Shown: one piece after another, positions 1 through 8,343 of the stretch
Layout: each line of letters begins with the position of its first letter
Numbering within the stretch: the stretch's first letter is position 1
Assembly: GCF_033372575.1 (NCBI RefSeq)
Contig: NZ_CP104094.1
Coordinates: forward strand, 116,408-148,407
DNA: 32,000 nucleotides
Reading direction: 5' to 3'
From: Candidatus Saccharimonadota bacterium
GTDB lineage: Bacteria > Bacteroidota > Bacteroidia > Flavobacteriales > Blattabacteriaceae
The notes under the pieces: generated by a model
The model's input: the letters and a program-made list of their open reading frames with translations, nothing else
The model's database searches: none
Told to the model about the DNA's origin: nothing
Position numbers and translations under genes: made by a program

Positions 1-350
1 TTACTAGAAGAGATAATTTTAAAAAATATTATTTTAAAATTAATAATAAATTATACAAAAACATTTCAAAGATTTTAAATAATATACAAAAAAATATATA
101 TAAAATAGCTAAAAATAGAATGAAACAAAATACTTTTACAACAAATAATTATAATACTTTTAAAAAAATTATTAATAATAAAGGAGGATTTATTATATCT
201 AATTGGGATAATAAAAAAAGTACTGAATTAAAAATAAAAAATGAAACTAAAGCAACTATTAGATGTATAATAAATAAAAAAATAAAAGGAAAATGTATAT
301 ATACAGGAAATAAATCATATAATAAAGTAGTATTTGGTAAATCTTATTAA
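1..350 (+). CDS. proS: Prolyl-tRNA synthetase, C-terminal fragment (gene starts upstream of the window)
   Basis: The frame of the 120..350 ORF stays open back to base 3. The tail '...KATIRCII..GKCIYTGNKSYNKVVFGKSY*' matches the archaeal/Bacteroidota-type ProRS C-terminal domain, which ends in a conserved Tyr. The Met at 120 is internal. Confidence 0.7.
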   Translation, partial: TRRDNFKKYYFKINNKLYKNISKILNNIQKNIYKIAKNRMKQNTFTTNNYNTFKKIINNKGGFIISNWDNKKSTELKIKNETKATIRCIINKKIKGKCIYTGNKSYNKVVFGKSY

Positions 351-370
351 TAATTTATTTAATTTTATAG

Positions 371-1282
371 TTATTTTTTTTTTAATTTATTATTTAAATA
401 TATATAAATCTTTTTATAATTATTATGTTTAAACCATTTAATATTATTATATCTTTTAAACCATATTATTTGTTTTTTAGCATAATTTCTTGTTTTTTGT
501 TTTATTAGTTCAATACAAGAATGTTTATCAAATTTATTATTTAAATATTTAAATATTTCTTTATATCCTATAGTATTTAATGAATTAAATTTTTTATATT
601 TATAATATTTTTTTGCTTCATTAATTAATCCTTTTTTTATCATTAAATCAACTTTTTTATTAATTTTATTATAAATTTTTTTTCTATTTTTTATTAACCC
701 TATTCTAATATATCTTTTAAATGGTCTTTTAATTTTTTTTTTATAATAAAAAGATGAAATAGTTTTATTTGTACAATATTTAAATTCTAAAGCTTTAATT
801 ATTTTTCTTTTATCTTTTTTATTTTTTAACAAATAATAATAATTAATATCTTTTTTTTTTAATTTATTTAATAAATATTCTAAATTTTTTTTATTTAATA
901 TTTTTCTTATTTTTAATTTTTTTTTTTTATTTATATTTGGAATTATATTAATCCCTTCTATAATAGTTTTTTCATATAACCCTGATCCACCTACCATTAT
1001 TATAATTTTATATTTTTTAAATAATTTTATTAATTTTTTAATTACCTCTTTTTCAAATAAACTAATATTATAATTATTTTTAATATTTAAATGTCCTATA
1101 AAATGATGTTTTATTTGTTTTAATTGTTTTTTTGATGGTTTTGAAGTACCAATATTTAATTGTTTATAAAATTGTCTTGAATCACATGATATTATTTCAG
1201 TTTTAAATTTTTTTGCTAAATATATAGATAATTTAGTTTTTCCAATTCCGGTAGGACCTACTATAGAAATTAGTGTATTCAT
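371..1282 (-). CDS. miaA: tRNA dimethylallyltransferase
   Basis: 303 aa. N-terminal P-loop 'IVGPTGIGKTKLSIYLAKKF..EIISCDSRQFYKQLNIGTSKPS' is the MiaA signature. TAA stop. Confidence 0.9.
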   Translation of the reverse strand: MNTLISIVGPTGIGKTKLSIYLAKKFKTEIISCDSRQFYKQLNIGTSKPSKKQLKQIKHHFIGHLNIKNNYNISLFEKEVIKKLIKLFKKYKIIIMVGGSGLYEKTIIEGINIIPNINKKKKLKIRKILNKKNLEYLLNKLKKKDINYYYLLKNKKDKRKIIKALEFKYCTNKTISSFYYKKKIKRPFKRYIRIGLIKNRKKIYNKINKKVDLMIKKGLINEAKKYYKYKKFNSLNTIGYKEIFKYLNNKFDKHSCIELIKQKTRNYAKKQIIWFKRYNNIKWFKHNNYKKIYIYLNNKLKKK

Positions 1283-1390
1283 TTAAATATATTAATTATT
1301 ATATATTTTATATTTATGCAATCTCGTATATTCTCCATATCCTCATTTTATATTTAATCTTTATTATTTTTAATAATAGTTAAATAATTT

Positions 1391-3301
1391 ATGATTAAAT
1401 ATACTGCAAAAAATATTAAATATTTTAATAGTATTGATCATATTAGAAAAAGACCTTCTATGTATATTGGGGATGTAAATATTAATGGTTTACATCATTT
1501 ATTTTTTGAATTATTAGATAATTCATTAGATGAATTTTTAGAAGGTTATTGTAATAATATATATGTCACTATAAATAATGATACTACTATTACTATTGAG
1601 GATGATGGAAGAGGAATACCTATAGATATTTATAAAAAATCTAAAAAAACTGCATTAGAAATAGTAATGACTAAAATAGGAGCTGGAGGTAAATTTGATA
1701 ATTCTTCATATAAATATTCAAGTGGTTTACATGGAGTTGGATTATCATGTGTAAATGCATTATCAAAAAAAATTATAGTAGAAATTTATAGAAATAATTT
1801 AATATATGAACAACAATATTCTAAAGGTTACCCTTTATATAATATTAAAATAAAAGGAAAAACTAATAAAAGAGGAACAAAAATAAAATATATAATTGAT
1901 GATGAAATATTTATATATAAAAAATATAATTATAATATAATTTATAAACATTTAAAAGAAATATCCTTTATAAATAAAAAAATTAAAATATTTTTATGTG
2001 ATAAAAGATATAATATAAAAAAACATTTTTATTATATAAATGGTTTAATAGATTATATAAATTATATTGATAATAAAAAATACAAACTAATTTTAAATAA
2101 AGATATTTATATTAATAAAAAATTAAATAATTTTTATATTGAAATTATTATAAGATATAATTTATCTAATAAAGAAAACATAATATCATATATTAATAAT
2201 ATTAAAACTATAAATGGGGGAACTCATATAATAGGTTTTAAAAAAGGATTAACAAAATCTTTTAAAAATTATATAAAAAAATATAATAAAAAATTATATA
2301 ATTTAAACATTAGTGGAAAAGATATAAGAGAAGGGATAATATCAATAATATCAATAAAAATGATAAATCCTCAATTTCAAGGACAAACAAAAACTAGTTT
2401 AGTAAATAAAGAAATAATAGGAATAGTAGAAAAAATAATATTTTACTATTTTAATAAATATTTAGAAGAAAATCCTAAAAATCGTAAAAAATTAATAGAT
2501 AAAGTAATAATATCCTTTAAATATAGAAAATCTGCTTTAGAAGCTAGAAAATTATTATATAAAAATAATAATAAATATAAAAATATTAGTGGTATTCCAG
2601 GAAAATTATCAGATTGTACATATAATGATCCTAATAAATGTGAAATATTTTTAGTTGAAGGTGATTCTGCAGGTGGAACTGCTAAACAAGGACGTAATAG
2701 AAAATTTCAAGCAATATTACCGTTAAAAGGAAAAATAATAAATGTAGAAAAATCTAAAATTAATAAAATATTAAAAAATAACGAAATAAAAAATATATTT
2801 TTAGCTTTAGGAATATATTTAGAAAATAAAAATAATAAAATTACTTTGAATATTAAAAAATTAAAATACAAAAAGATTATAATAATGACTGATGCTGATG
2901 TTGATGGAAAACATATTACGGCTTTAATTTTAACATTTATATTTAGATATATGAAAATTTTAATTAATAAAGGTTATATATATATAGCAAAACCACCTTT
3001 ATATATAATTAAAAAATATAAGAGTAAAATATATATATGGAATGAAAAAGATAAAATAAAATATATTAAAAATAATAAAAATAAAAAAATTTATATTCAA
3101 AGATATAAAGGTTTAGGAGAAATGAATTCAGATCAATTATGGGAAACTACTATGAATCCTAAAAAAAGAATTTTAAAAAAAGTAATAATAAAAAATTATA
3201 AAAAAAGTAATAAATTGTTTAATATTTTAATGGGGGATAAAGTAAAACCTAGAAAAAAATTTATTAAAAAATATTCTTTATTAGCAAATTTAGATATTTA
3301 A
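1391..3301 (+). CDS. gyrB: DNA gyrase subunit B
   Basis: 636 aa. Motifs: 'IRKRPSMYIGD..GLHHLFFELLDNSLDE' (GHKL ATPase), 'EIFLVEGDSAGG' and 'IMTDADVDGKHI' (Toprim), and a C-terminal '...ANLDI'. A parE assignment cannot be fully excluded. Confidence 0.85.
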   Translation: MIKYTAKNIKYFNSIDHIRKRPSMYIGDVNINGLHHLFFELLDNSLDEFLEGYCNNIYVTINNDTTITIEDDGRGIPIDIYKKSKKTALEIVMTKIGAGGKFDNSSYKYSSGLHGVGLSCVNALSKKIIVEIYRNNLIYEQQYSKGYPLYNIKIKGKTNKRGTKIKYIIDDEIFIYKKYNYNIIYKHLKEISFINKKIKIFLCDKRYNIKKHFYYINGLIDYINYIDNKKYKLILNKDIYINKKLNNFYIEIIIRYNLSNKENIISYINNIKTINGGTHIIGFKKGLTKSFKNYIKKYNKKLYNLNISGKDIREGIISIISIKMINPQFQGQTKTSLVNKEIIGIVEKIIFYYFNKYLEENPKNRKKLIDKVIISFKYRKSALEARKLLYKNNNKYKNISGIPGKLSDCTYNDPNKCEIFLVEGDSAGGTAKQGRNRKFQAILPLKGKIINVEKSKINKILKNNEIKNIFLALGIYLENKNNKITLNIKKLKYKKIIIMTDADVDGKHITALILTFIFRYMKILINKGYIYIAKPPLYIIKKYKSKIYIWNEKDKIKYIKNNKNKKIYIQRYKGLGEMNSDQLWETTMNPKKRILKKVIIKNYKKSNKLFNILMGDKVKPRKKFIKKYSLLANLDI

Positions 3302-3304
3302 TAA

Positions 3305-3544
3305 TTATTTTAATTTTATATTTTTTAATTTAATTATATAATTTACTGTATTAGTTGTTCTTGCACCATTATTTAACCATTTAATAGTTTTTTTTTTATT
3401 AATATTAATAATTTTTTTTATAGGATTATAAATACCTAATTTTTCTATTATTTTTCCATTTCTTGGTGAATCCGAATTAGTAACTACAATAGAATATATT
3501 GGATAATGTTTTTTTCCTTTTCTTTGTAATCTTATTTTTAACAT
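3305..3544 (-). CDS. rpsP: 30S ribosomal protein S16
   Basis: 79 aa. 'MLKIRLQRKGKKHYPIYSIVV..DSPRNGKIIEKLGIYNP' is the canonical S16 N-terminus. Confidence 0.9.
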   Translation of the reverse strand: MLKIRLQRKGKKHYPIYSIVVTNSDSPRNGKIIEKLGIYNPIKKIININKKKTIKWLNNGARTTNTVNYIIKLKNIKLK

Positions 3545-3585
3545 ATTAAATTAATTATATTATATTATATTATTATAATATAATT

Positions 3586-3656
3586 AGACTCGTTGTGTAA
3601 TGGTAGCACATCAGATTTTGGTTCTGATAGTTAAGGTTCAAATCCTTACGAGTCTA
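3586..3656 (+). tRNA. tRNA-Gln (anticodon UUG)
   Basis: Hand-folded cloverleaf. Acceptor agactcg/cgagtct, anticodon stem tcaga/tctga with loop ttTTGgt, T arm taagg-ttcaaat-cctta. A local G+C island. No encoded CCA. Confidence 0.85.
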
Positions 3657-3661
3657 TTGTT

Positions 3662-4588
3662 TTAAAATACAAATAAATTTTTATAATTTATTAAACCATT
3701 ATAAATTTCAATATCTTTTATAATTTTTTTATTAGAATTAGCAATATTACATTTTAATAATTTTATGTATCCATTTTTAACACTTATATAAACATTTTTA
3801 TTCTTTAATAAGATTTTACCATTAAAATAATTATGTTTATAATTAATTATTTTTATTTTATAAATATTTAATATTTTAATTTTATTATTAGTATTTAGAA
3901 AACACCAAGCAGGTTTATTATATGGTAATCCTCTAATTAAATTAGATATTTTATTTATTGAATAATTAAAATAAATTTTAGAATAATAATTATTTATTTT
4001 TGGAGCTAGTTTAAATTTCTTTTTTTTTAGATTTAATATTTTTTTAATAGTTTTTATTAAAAATAATTTAGTTTTTTTAGATAATAATTTATATAATTTT
4101 TTATATGTTATTATATTATTAATTTTTACTATTTTTTGTAATATTATATTACCACTATCTATTATTTTATTTATAAAAAAACTAGTTAAACCTGTTTTTT
4201 GTTCTCCATTTATAATTACCCAATTAATTGGATTTGCACCTTTATATTGAGGTAATAATGAAGGATGTATGTTAATTGTACCTAATTTAGGTATTTTCCA
4301 TATTATTTGTTTTAAATATTTAAATGATATAACAATTAATAAATCAGGTTTTAAATTAATAATTGTTTTAATATTTTTTTTAATATATATATGTTCACTA
4401 TATATTATATTAATATTATTTTTTAATGCTATTTGTTTAATATAATTATTTTCATTATTAATAATATTTTTTTTTGATGTTATTATAGTTTTAATAATTA
4501 AATTATATTTATTTTGATTATTTATTAAATATTTTAATGTTGGTACACTAAAATTTCCATTACTTAAAAATATTATTTTTTTTTTCAT
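3662..4588 (-). CDS. fmt: Methionyl-tRNA formyltransferase
   Basis: 308 aa. 'INIHPSLLPQYKGANPINWVIINGEQKTGLT' matches the Fmt HxSLLPxxRG active-site region. Confidence 0.85.
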   Translation of the reverse strand: MKKKIIFLSNGNFSVPTLKYLINNQNKYNLIIKTIITSKKNIINNENNYIKQIALKNNINIIYSEHIYIKKNIKTIINLKPDLLIVISFKYLKQIIWKIPKLGTINIHPSLLPQYKGANPINWVIINGEQKTGLTSFFINKIIDSGNIILQKIVKINNIITYKKLYKLLSKKTKLFLIKTIKKILNLKKKKFKLAPKINNYYSKIYFNYSINKISNLIRGLPYNKPAWCFLNTNNKIKILNIYKIKIINYKHNYFNGKILLKNKNVYISVKNGYIKLLKCNIANSNKKIIKDIEIYNGLINYKNLFVF

Positions 4589-4611
4589 TCCTATTTAATT
4601 TATTTATTATA

Positions 4612-4684
4612 TGACATGGCTGGGATTCGAACCCAGGACCCTTACATTAAAAGTGTAATGCTCTACCAGCTGAGCTACCAAGTC
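4612..4684 (-). tRNA. tRNA-Lys (anticodon UUU)
   Basis: The reverse complement folds as a 73-nt cloverleaf. D stem gctc/gagc, anticodon stem ttaca/tgtaa with loop ctTTTaa, T arm ctggg-ttcgaat-cccag. One U:U mismatch at 4:69 in the acceptor stem. No encoded CCA. Confidence 0.85.
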
Positions 4685-4771
4685 AATAATTATATAAAAA
4701 TTATAATATAATAATAAATATAATTAAAATAATAAAATTTAAATAATATTAAAACTTTATAAGTATTTTAT

Positions 4772-6112
4772 ATGATTGATAAAATAAAAAATTTTTTTTT
4801 ATTAAAAAACTTATTAAATAATAAATTTTTATTAGCTATAAGTGGGGGTGTGGATAGTATGGTATTATTAAATATTTTAAATAAAATATTAAATAAAAAA
4901 AATATTTCAGTAGCTCATTGTAATTTTAATATTAATAAATCAAATATTAATTATAATTATAATTTAATTTATAAAATATGTAATCAAAATAAAATAAAAT
5001 TTTTTTATAAAAATTTTAAAACTAAAAAATTTAGTAAAAAAAAAAAAGTTTCTATTCAATTATCGGCTAGAATATTGAGATATAAATGGTTTATGAATTT
5101 AAAAAAAAAATATAATTATAATTATATAATATTAGCACATAATTTAGAAGATAATATAGAAACATTTTTTATTAATTTATTCAGAAAAACTGGATTATAT
5201 GGATTAAAATCAATTAATAAAATATCTAAAAATTTATTAAGACCTTTAATAAGTATATCTAAAAAGGATATTATAAATTATGCGATTAAAAACAAAATAA
5301 AATGGATAAATGATATAAGTAATTTTAAAAATATATATTTAAGAAATATAATTAGGAATAATATTATACCTAATATATTAAAAATATTATATAAATATAA
5401 TATTAAAAAAAATATTAATAATACAATAAAGAATTTACAATTAGAATATAATTTTATTAAAGAATCTATTAATTATTTTAAAAAAAAAATAATAATATAT
5501 AATAAAAATAAAAATTTTATATTTAAAATTAATATTAATAAATTATTAAAATTAAAAATAAATTATAATAATTATTTATTATATAAAATATTTTATAAAT
5601 TTGGTTTTAAAGATATAAGAATATTTAATAATTTATTAAATATTAATACTGGTAAATATTTTTTATCAAATAATAAAAAATATAAACTAATAAGAAATAG
5701 AAAATATATAATATTAATTTATAATGTAAAAAATAATATTAATATTTTAATACCTAAAATAGGAAACTATAAAATAGAAGATAATTTATTAATTAATTTA
5801 AAACTTATTAATAATAAAAATATTAATAATAATAAAAATAAATATATATATTTAAATATAAAAAAAATAAAATTTCCATTATATATTAGAAATTGGAGAA
5901 AAGGTGATTATTTTTTAAAAAATAAAAAAAAAATAGTAATTAATAAAATATTAAAAAAAAATAAAATTACTTCATTTGAAAAAAATTTTATTTATTTATT
6001 ATTAAATAATAATAAAGAAATAATTTGTACAATTAATAAAATAAAAATTATTAATAATTATTATTTAAATAATTTTAATAATAATAATATTTTAATTTTA
6101 AAATTAAATTAA
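4772..6112 (+). CDS. tilS: tRNA(Ile)-lysidine synthase
   Basis: 446 aa. N-terminal PP-loop 'LLAISGGVDSMVLL' and length fit TilS. The rest is highly diverged and Lys/Asn/Ile-rich. Confidence 0.75.
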   Translation: MIDKIKNFFLLKNLLNNKFLLAISGGVDSMVLLNILNKILNKKNISVAHCNFNINKSNINYNYNLIYKICNQNKIKFFYKNFKTKKFSKKKKVSIQLSARILRYKWFMNLKKKYNYNYIILAHNLEDNIETFFINLFRKTGLYGLKSINKISKNLLRPLISISKKDIINYAIKNKIKWINDISNFKNIYLRNIIRNNIIPNILKILYKYNIKKNINNTIKNLQLEYNFIKESINYFKKKIIIYNKNKNFIFKININKLLKLKINYNNYLLYKIFYKFGFKDIRIFNNLLNINTGKYFLSNNKKYKLIRNRKYIILIYNVKNNINILIPKIGNYKIEDNLLINLKLINNKNINNNKNKYIYLNIKKIKFPLYIRNWRKGDYFLKNKKKIVINKILKKNKITSFEKNFIYLLLNNNKEIICTINKIKIINNYYLNNFNNNNILILKLN

Positions 6113-6114
6113 TT

Positions 6115-7356
6115 ATGAAAAAAAATAATATAAAAGATCATAAATATTTAGGAAAAAAATTAAAATTGTTTTTTTTTTCAAATAATATAGGTTCTGGTTT
6201 ACCTATATGGTTGCCTAATGGTTTATTTTTATATAAAAAAATAAAAAATTTTATTAGAAATATTAATATAAGACAAAAATATGAAGAAATCTTAACACCA
6301 CATATAGCTAAACAAAAATTGTTTAATAAATCAGGACATTTAAATAAATATAACAATAATATGTTTAAAATTACTAAAAATAATAAAATTTATTATTTAT
6401 TAAAACCAATGAATTGTCCATTTCATTGTGAAATATATAAATTTTATAAAAATATAACTTATAAAGATTTGCCTAAAAAATATTTTGAATTTGGTACTGT
6501 TTATAGAAATGAAAAAAGTGGTGAAATTAATGGTTTATTTAGAACTAGAATATTTACTCAAGATGATGCTCATATTTTTTGTATAGAAAAAAAAATTTAT
6601 AAAATTATATATAATATAATAGATACTATAAAATCTATATATAGTTATTTTAATTTTAAAAAAATTTATATTAGATTTTCTTTAAAAGATAAAAATAATA
6701 ATAAATATATAGGAGATAAAAAAATATGGAAAAAATCTCAAAAAATAATTATTAAAATTAAAAAAAAAATAGAATTGAATAATAATACTTATATAAAATA
6801 TAATGAAGCAGCATTTTATGGACCTAAAATAGATTTTATTATAAAAGATTCTTTAAATAGAAAATGGCAATTAGGAACTATACAAATTGATTATAATACA
6901 CCAATTAGATTAAATATAAAATATATAGATAAAAATAACAAATGTAAATATCCGATAATTATACATAGAGCATTATTAGGATCAATAGAAAGATTTATAG
7001 GAATATTAATAGAACATACAAAAGGTAATATACCAATATGGTTATTAAAAAATCAATTAGTAATTATACCAATTAATAATAGTAATTTAAAATATTCAAT
7101 AAAAATATATAATATATTAATAAAAAAAAAGATAAGAATTATAATAGATAAAAAAAAAAAACAATTAAATGATAAAATAAAATTTTATGAAAAAACTAAT
7201 ATACCTATTATTTTAATAATAGGTAATAAAGAAGAAAAAAATAAAACAATATTTATAAGAATAAAAAAAATTGGTAAATTAGGAAATTTAAAATTTAAAA
7301 AAGCTATAAATATTATTTTAAATATAATAAGAAAAAAAAATATTAATATAAATTAA
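6115..7356 (+). CDS. thrS: Threonyl-tRNA synthetase, catalytic plus anticodon-binding domains only (no N-terminal TGS/editing module)
   Basis: 413 aa. 'KDHKYLGKKLKLF' aligns to about residue 243 of E. coli ThrRS. Zinc and catalytic motifs 'KPMNCPFHCEIY', 'TQDDAHIFC' and 'IIHRALLGSIERF' are all present. The gene starts 2 nt after the tilS stop. Confidence 0.9.
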   Translation: MKKNNIKDHKYLGKKLKLFFFSNNIGSGLPIWLPNGLFLYKKIKNFIRNINIRQKYEEILTPHIAKQKLFNKSGHLNKYNNNMFKITKNNKIYYLLKPMNCPFHCEIYKFYKNITYKDLPKKYFEFGTVYRNEKSGEINGLFRTRIFTQDDAHIFCIEKKIYKIIYNIIDTIKSIYSYFNFKKIYIRFSLKDKNNNKYIGDKKIWKKSQKIIIKIKKKIELNNNTYIKYNEAAFYGPKIDFIIKDSLNRKWQLGTIQIDYNTPIRLNIKYIDKNNKCKYPIIIHRALLGSIERFIGILIEHTKGNIPIWLLKNQLVIIPINNSNLKYSIKIYNILIKKKIRIIIDKKKKQLNDKIKFYEKTNIPIILIIGNKEEKNKTIFIRIKKIGKLGNLKFKKAINIILNIIRKKNININ

Positions 7357-7372
7357 TTATATTAATTAATAA

Positions 7373-7954
7373 ATTAATAATATTATAAAAAAAAATAATA
7401 ATTTTTATAATTTTTTATCAAAATATAAAATTAATAAAAATATAGAATCTAAATATGTTAGATTAGTAAATGATAAAATATTTGAAAATAAAATATATAA
7501 AACAGATAATTTATTAAAAATAATAAAAAATTCTAATCTAGATTTAGATCTAATTGAAATTAATTCTAAAAATAATCCTTCTATAGTAAAAATAATAAAT
7601 TATAATAAATTTATTTATAAATTAAAAAAAAAATATAAAAAAAATTTTTCAAAAAAAGATAATATGAAAATTATTAGATTAACAATTAAAATTAGTGATC
7701 ATGATAAATATTTTAAATTAAAAAATGCTAAAAAACTATTTTTAAAAAAATATAAAATTAAATTTATTATATATTTAAATAATAAAAATAATAAATATTT
7801 AGTTAAAAAATTTTTAATAAATATCGCTGAAAATTTAAAAAATTATGGATCAATTCAAAAATATCCAGTTTTAGAAAATAATAAATATTATATGATAATG
7901 TTACCTTTAAAAACAATTAAAATAGATAAAAAAAAAGAAACATTAAAAAAATAA
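7373..7954 (+). CDS. infC: Translation initiation factor IF-3 (non-AUG start; exact start uncertain)
   Basis: The frame of the 7664..7954 ORF stays open back to 7373, just after an in-frame TAA at 7370. The upstream translation '..INKNIESKYVRLVNDKIFENKIY....LDLIEINSKNNPSIVKIINYNKFIYKLKKK' is the IF-3 N-domain and linker. There is no in-frame ATG/GTG/TTG before 7664. Candidate starts are ATT at 7373, 7382 or 7430 and ATA at 7385 or 7442. Confidence 0.8.
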   Translation: MNNIIKKNNNFYNFLSKYKINKNIESKYVRLVNDKIFENKIYKTDNLLKIIKNSNLDLDLIEINSKNNPSIVKIINYNKFIYKLKKKYKKNFSKKDNMKIIRLTIKISDHDKYFKLKNAKKLFLKKYKIKFIIYLNNKNNKYLVKKFLINIAENLKNYGSIQKYPVLENNKYYMIMLPLKTIKIDKKKETLKK

Positions 7955-8001
7955 AAAAAAATATTTATAATTTTAATAATATTATAAATAATAATTAGGA
8001 T

Positions 8002-8343
8002 ATGCCAAGATCAAAAAATATAGTAGCTTCAAAAAAAAGAAGAAAAAAATATTTAAAATATGCAAGAGGATTTTATGGGGCTAAAAAAAGATGTTATACA
8101 ATCGCTAAAAATAAAGTAGAAAAATCATGGTTAAATTCTTATATTGGAAGAAAAAATAAAAAAAAATTTTATAGAAAATTATGGATACAAAGAATTAATG
8201 CATATGTTAGAAAATTTAATATTTCTTATTCTAAATTTATTTTTAAATTAAAAAAAAAAAAAATAGATTTAAATAGAAAAATCATAGCTTATTATTTTTC
8301 AGAAAATAAAAATAAAGATTTAATTAATCAATTATTAAATTAA
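8002..8343 (+). CDS. rplT: 50S ribosomal protein L20
   Basis: 113 aa. 'MPRSKNIVASKKRRKKYLKYARGFYGAKKRCYTIAK' is canonical L20. It contains an in-frame A14 tract (8250..8263). Its stop overlaps the convergent rnz stop (TTAA at 8340..8343). Confidence 0.95.
   Translation: MPRSKNIVASKKRRKKYLKYARGFYGAKKRCYTIAKNKVEKSWLNSYIGRKNKKKFYRKLWIQRINAYVRKFNISYSKFIFKLKKKKIDLNRKIIAYYFSENKNKDLINQLLN

Noticed and set aside
120-350. Stand-alone 76-aa ORF starting at the Met at 120.
   Set aside because: The frame is open from the first bases of the window, and the sequence is the C-terminal domain of ProRS. The Met is internal.
1283-1390. Slightly G+C-enriched block (..gcaatctcgtatattctccatatcctc..) in the miaA/gyrB divergent intergenic region, considered as a possible small RNA or riboswitch.
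   Set aside because: I could find no convincing stem-loop structure, conserved motif or ORF. It is most simply the divergent promoter region, and I cannot support a specific promoter call from sequence alone.
3305-4684. Possible rearrangement or mobile-element scar suggested by alternating strands (rpsP-, tRNA-Gln+, fmt-, tRNA-Lys-).
   Set aside because: There are no inverted or direct repeats, integrase or transposase remnants, or compositional discontinuity. Strand switching at tRNAs is ordinary in small genomes.
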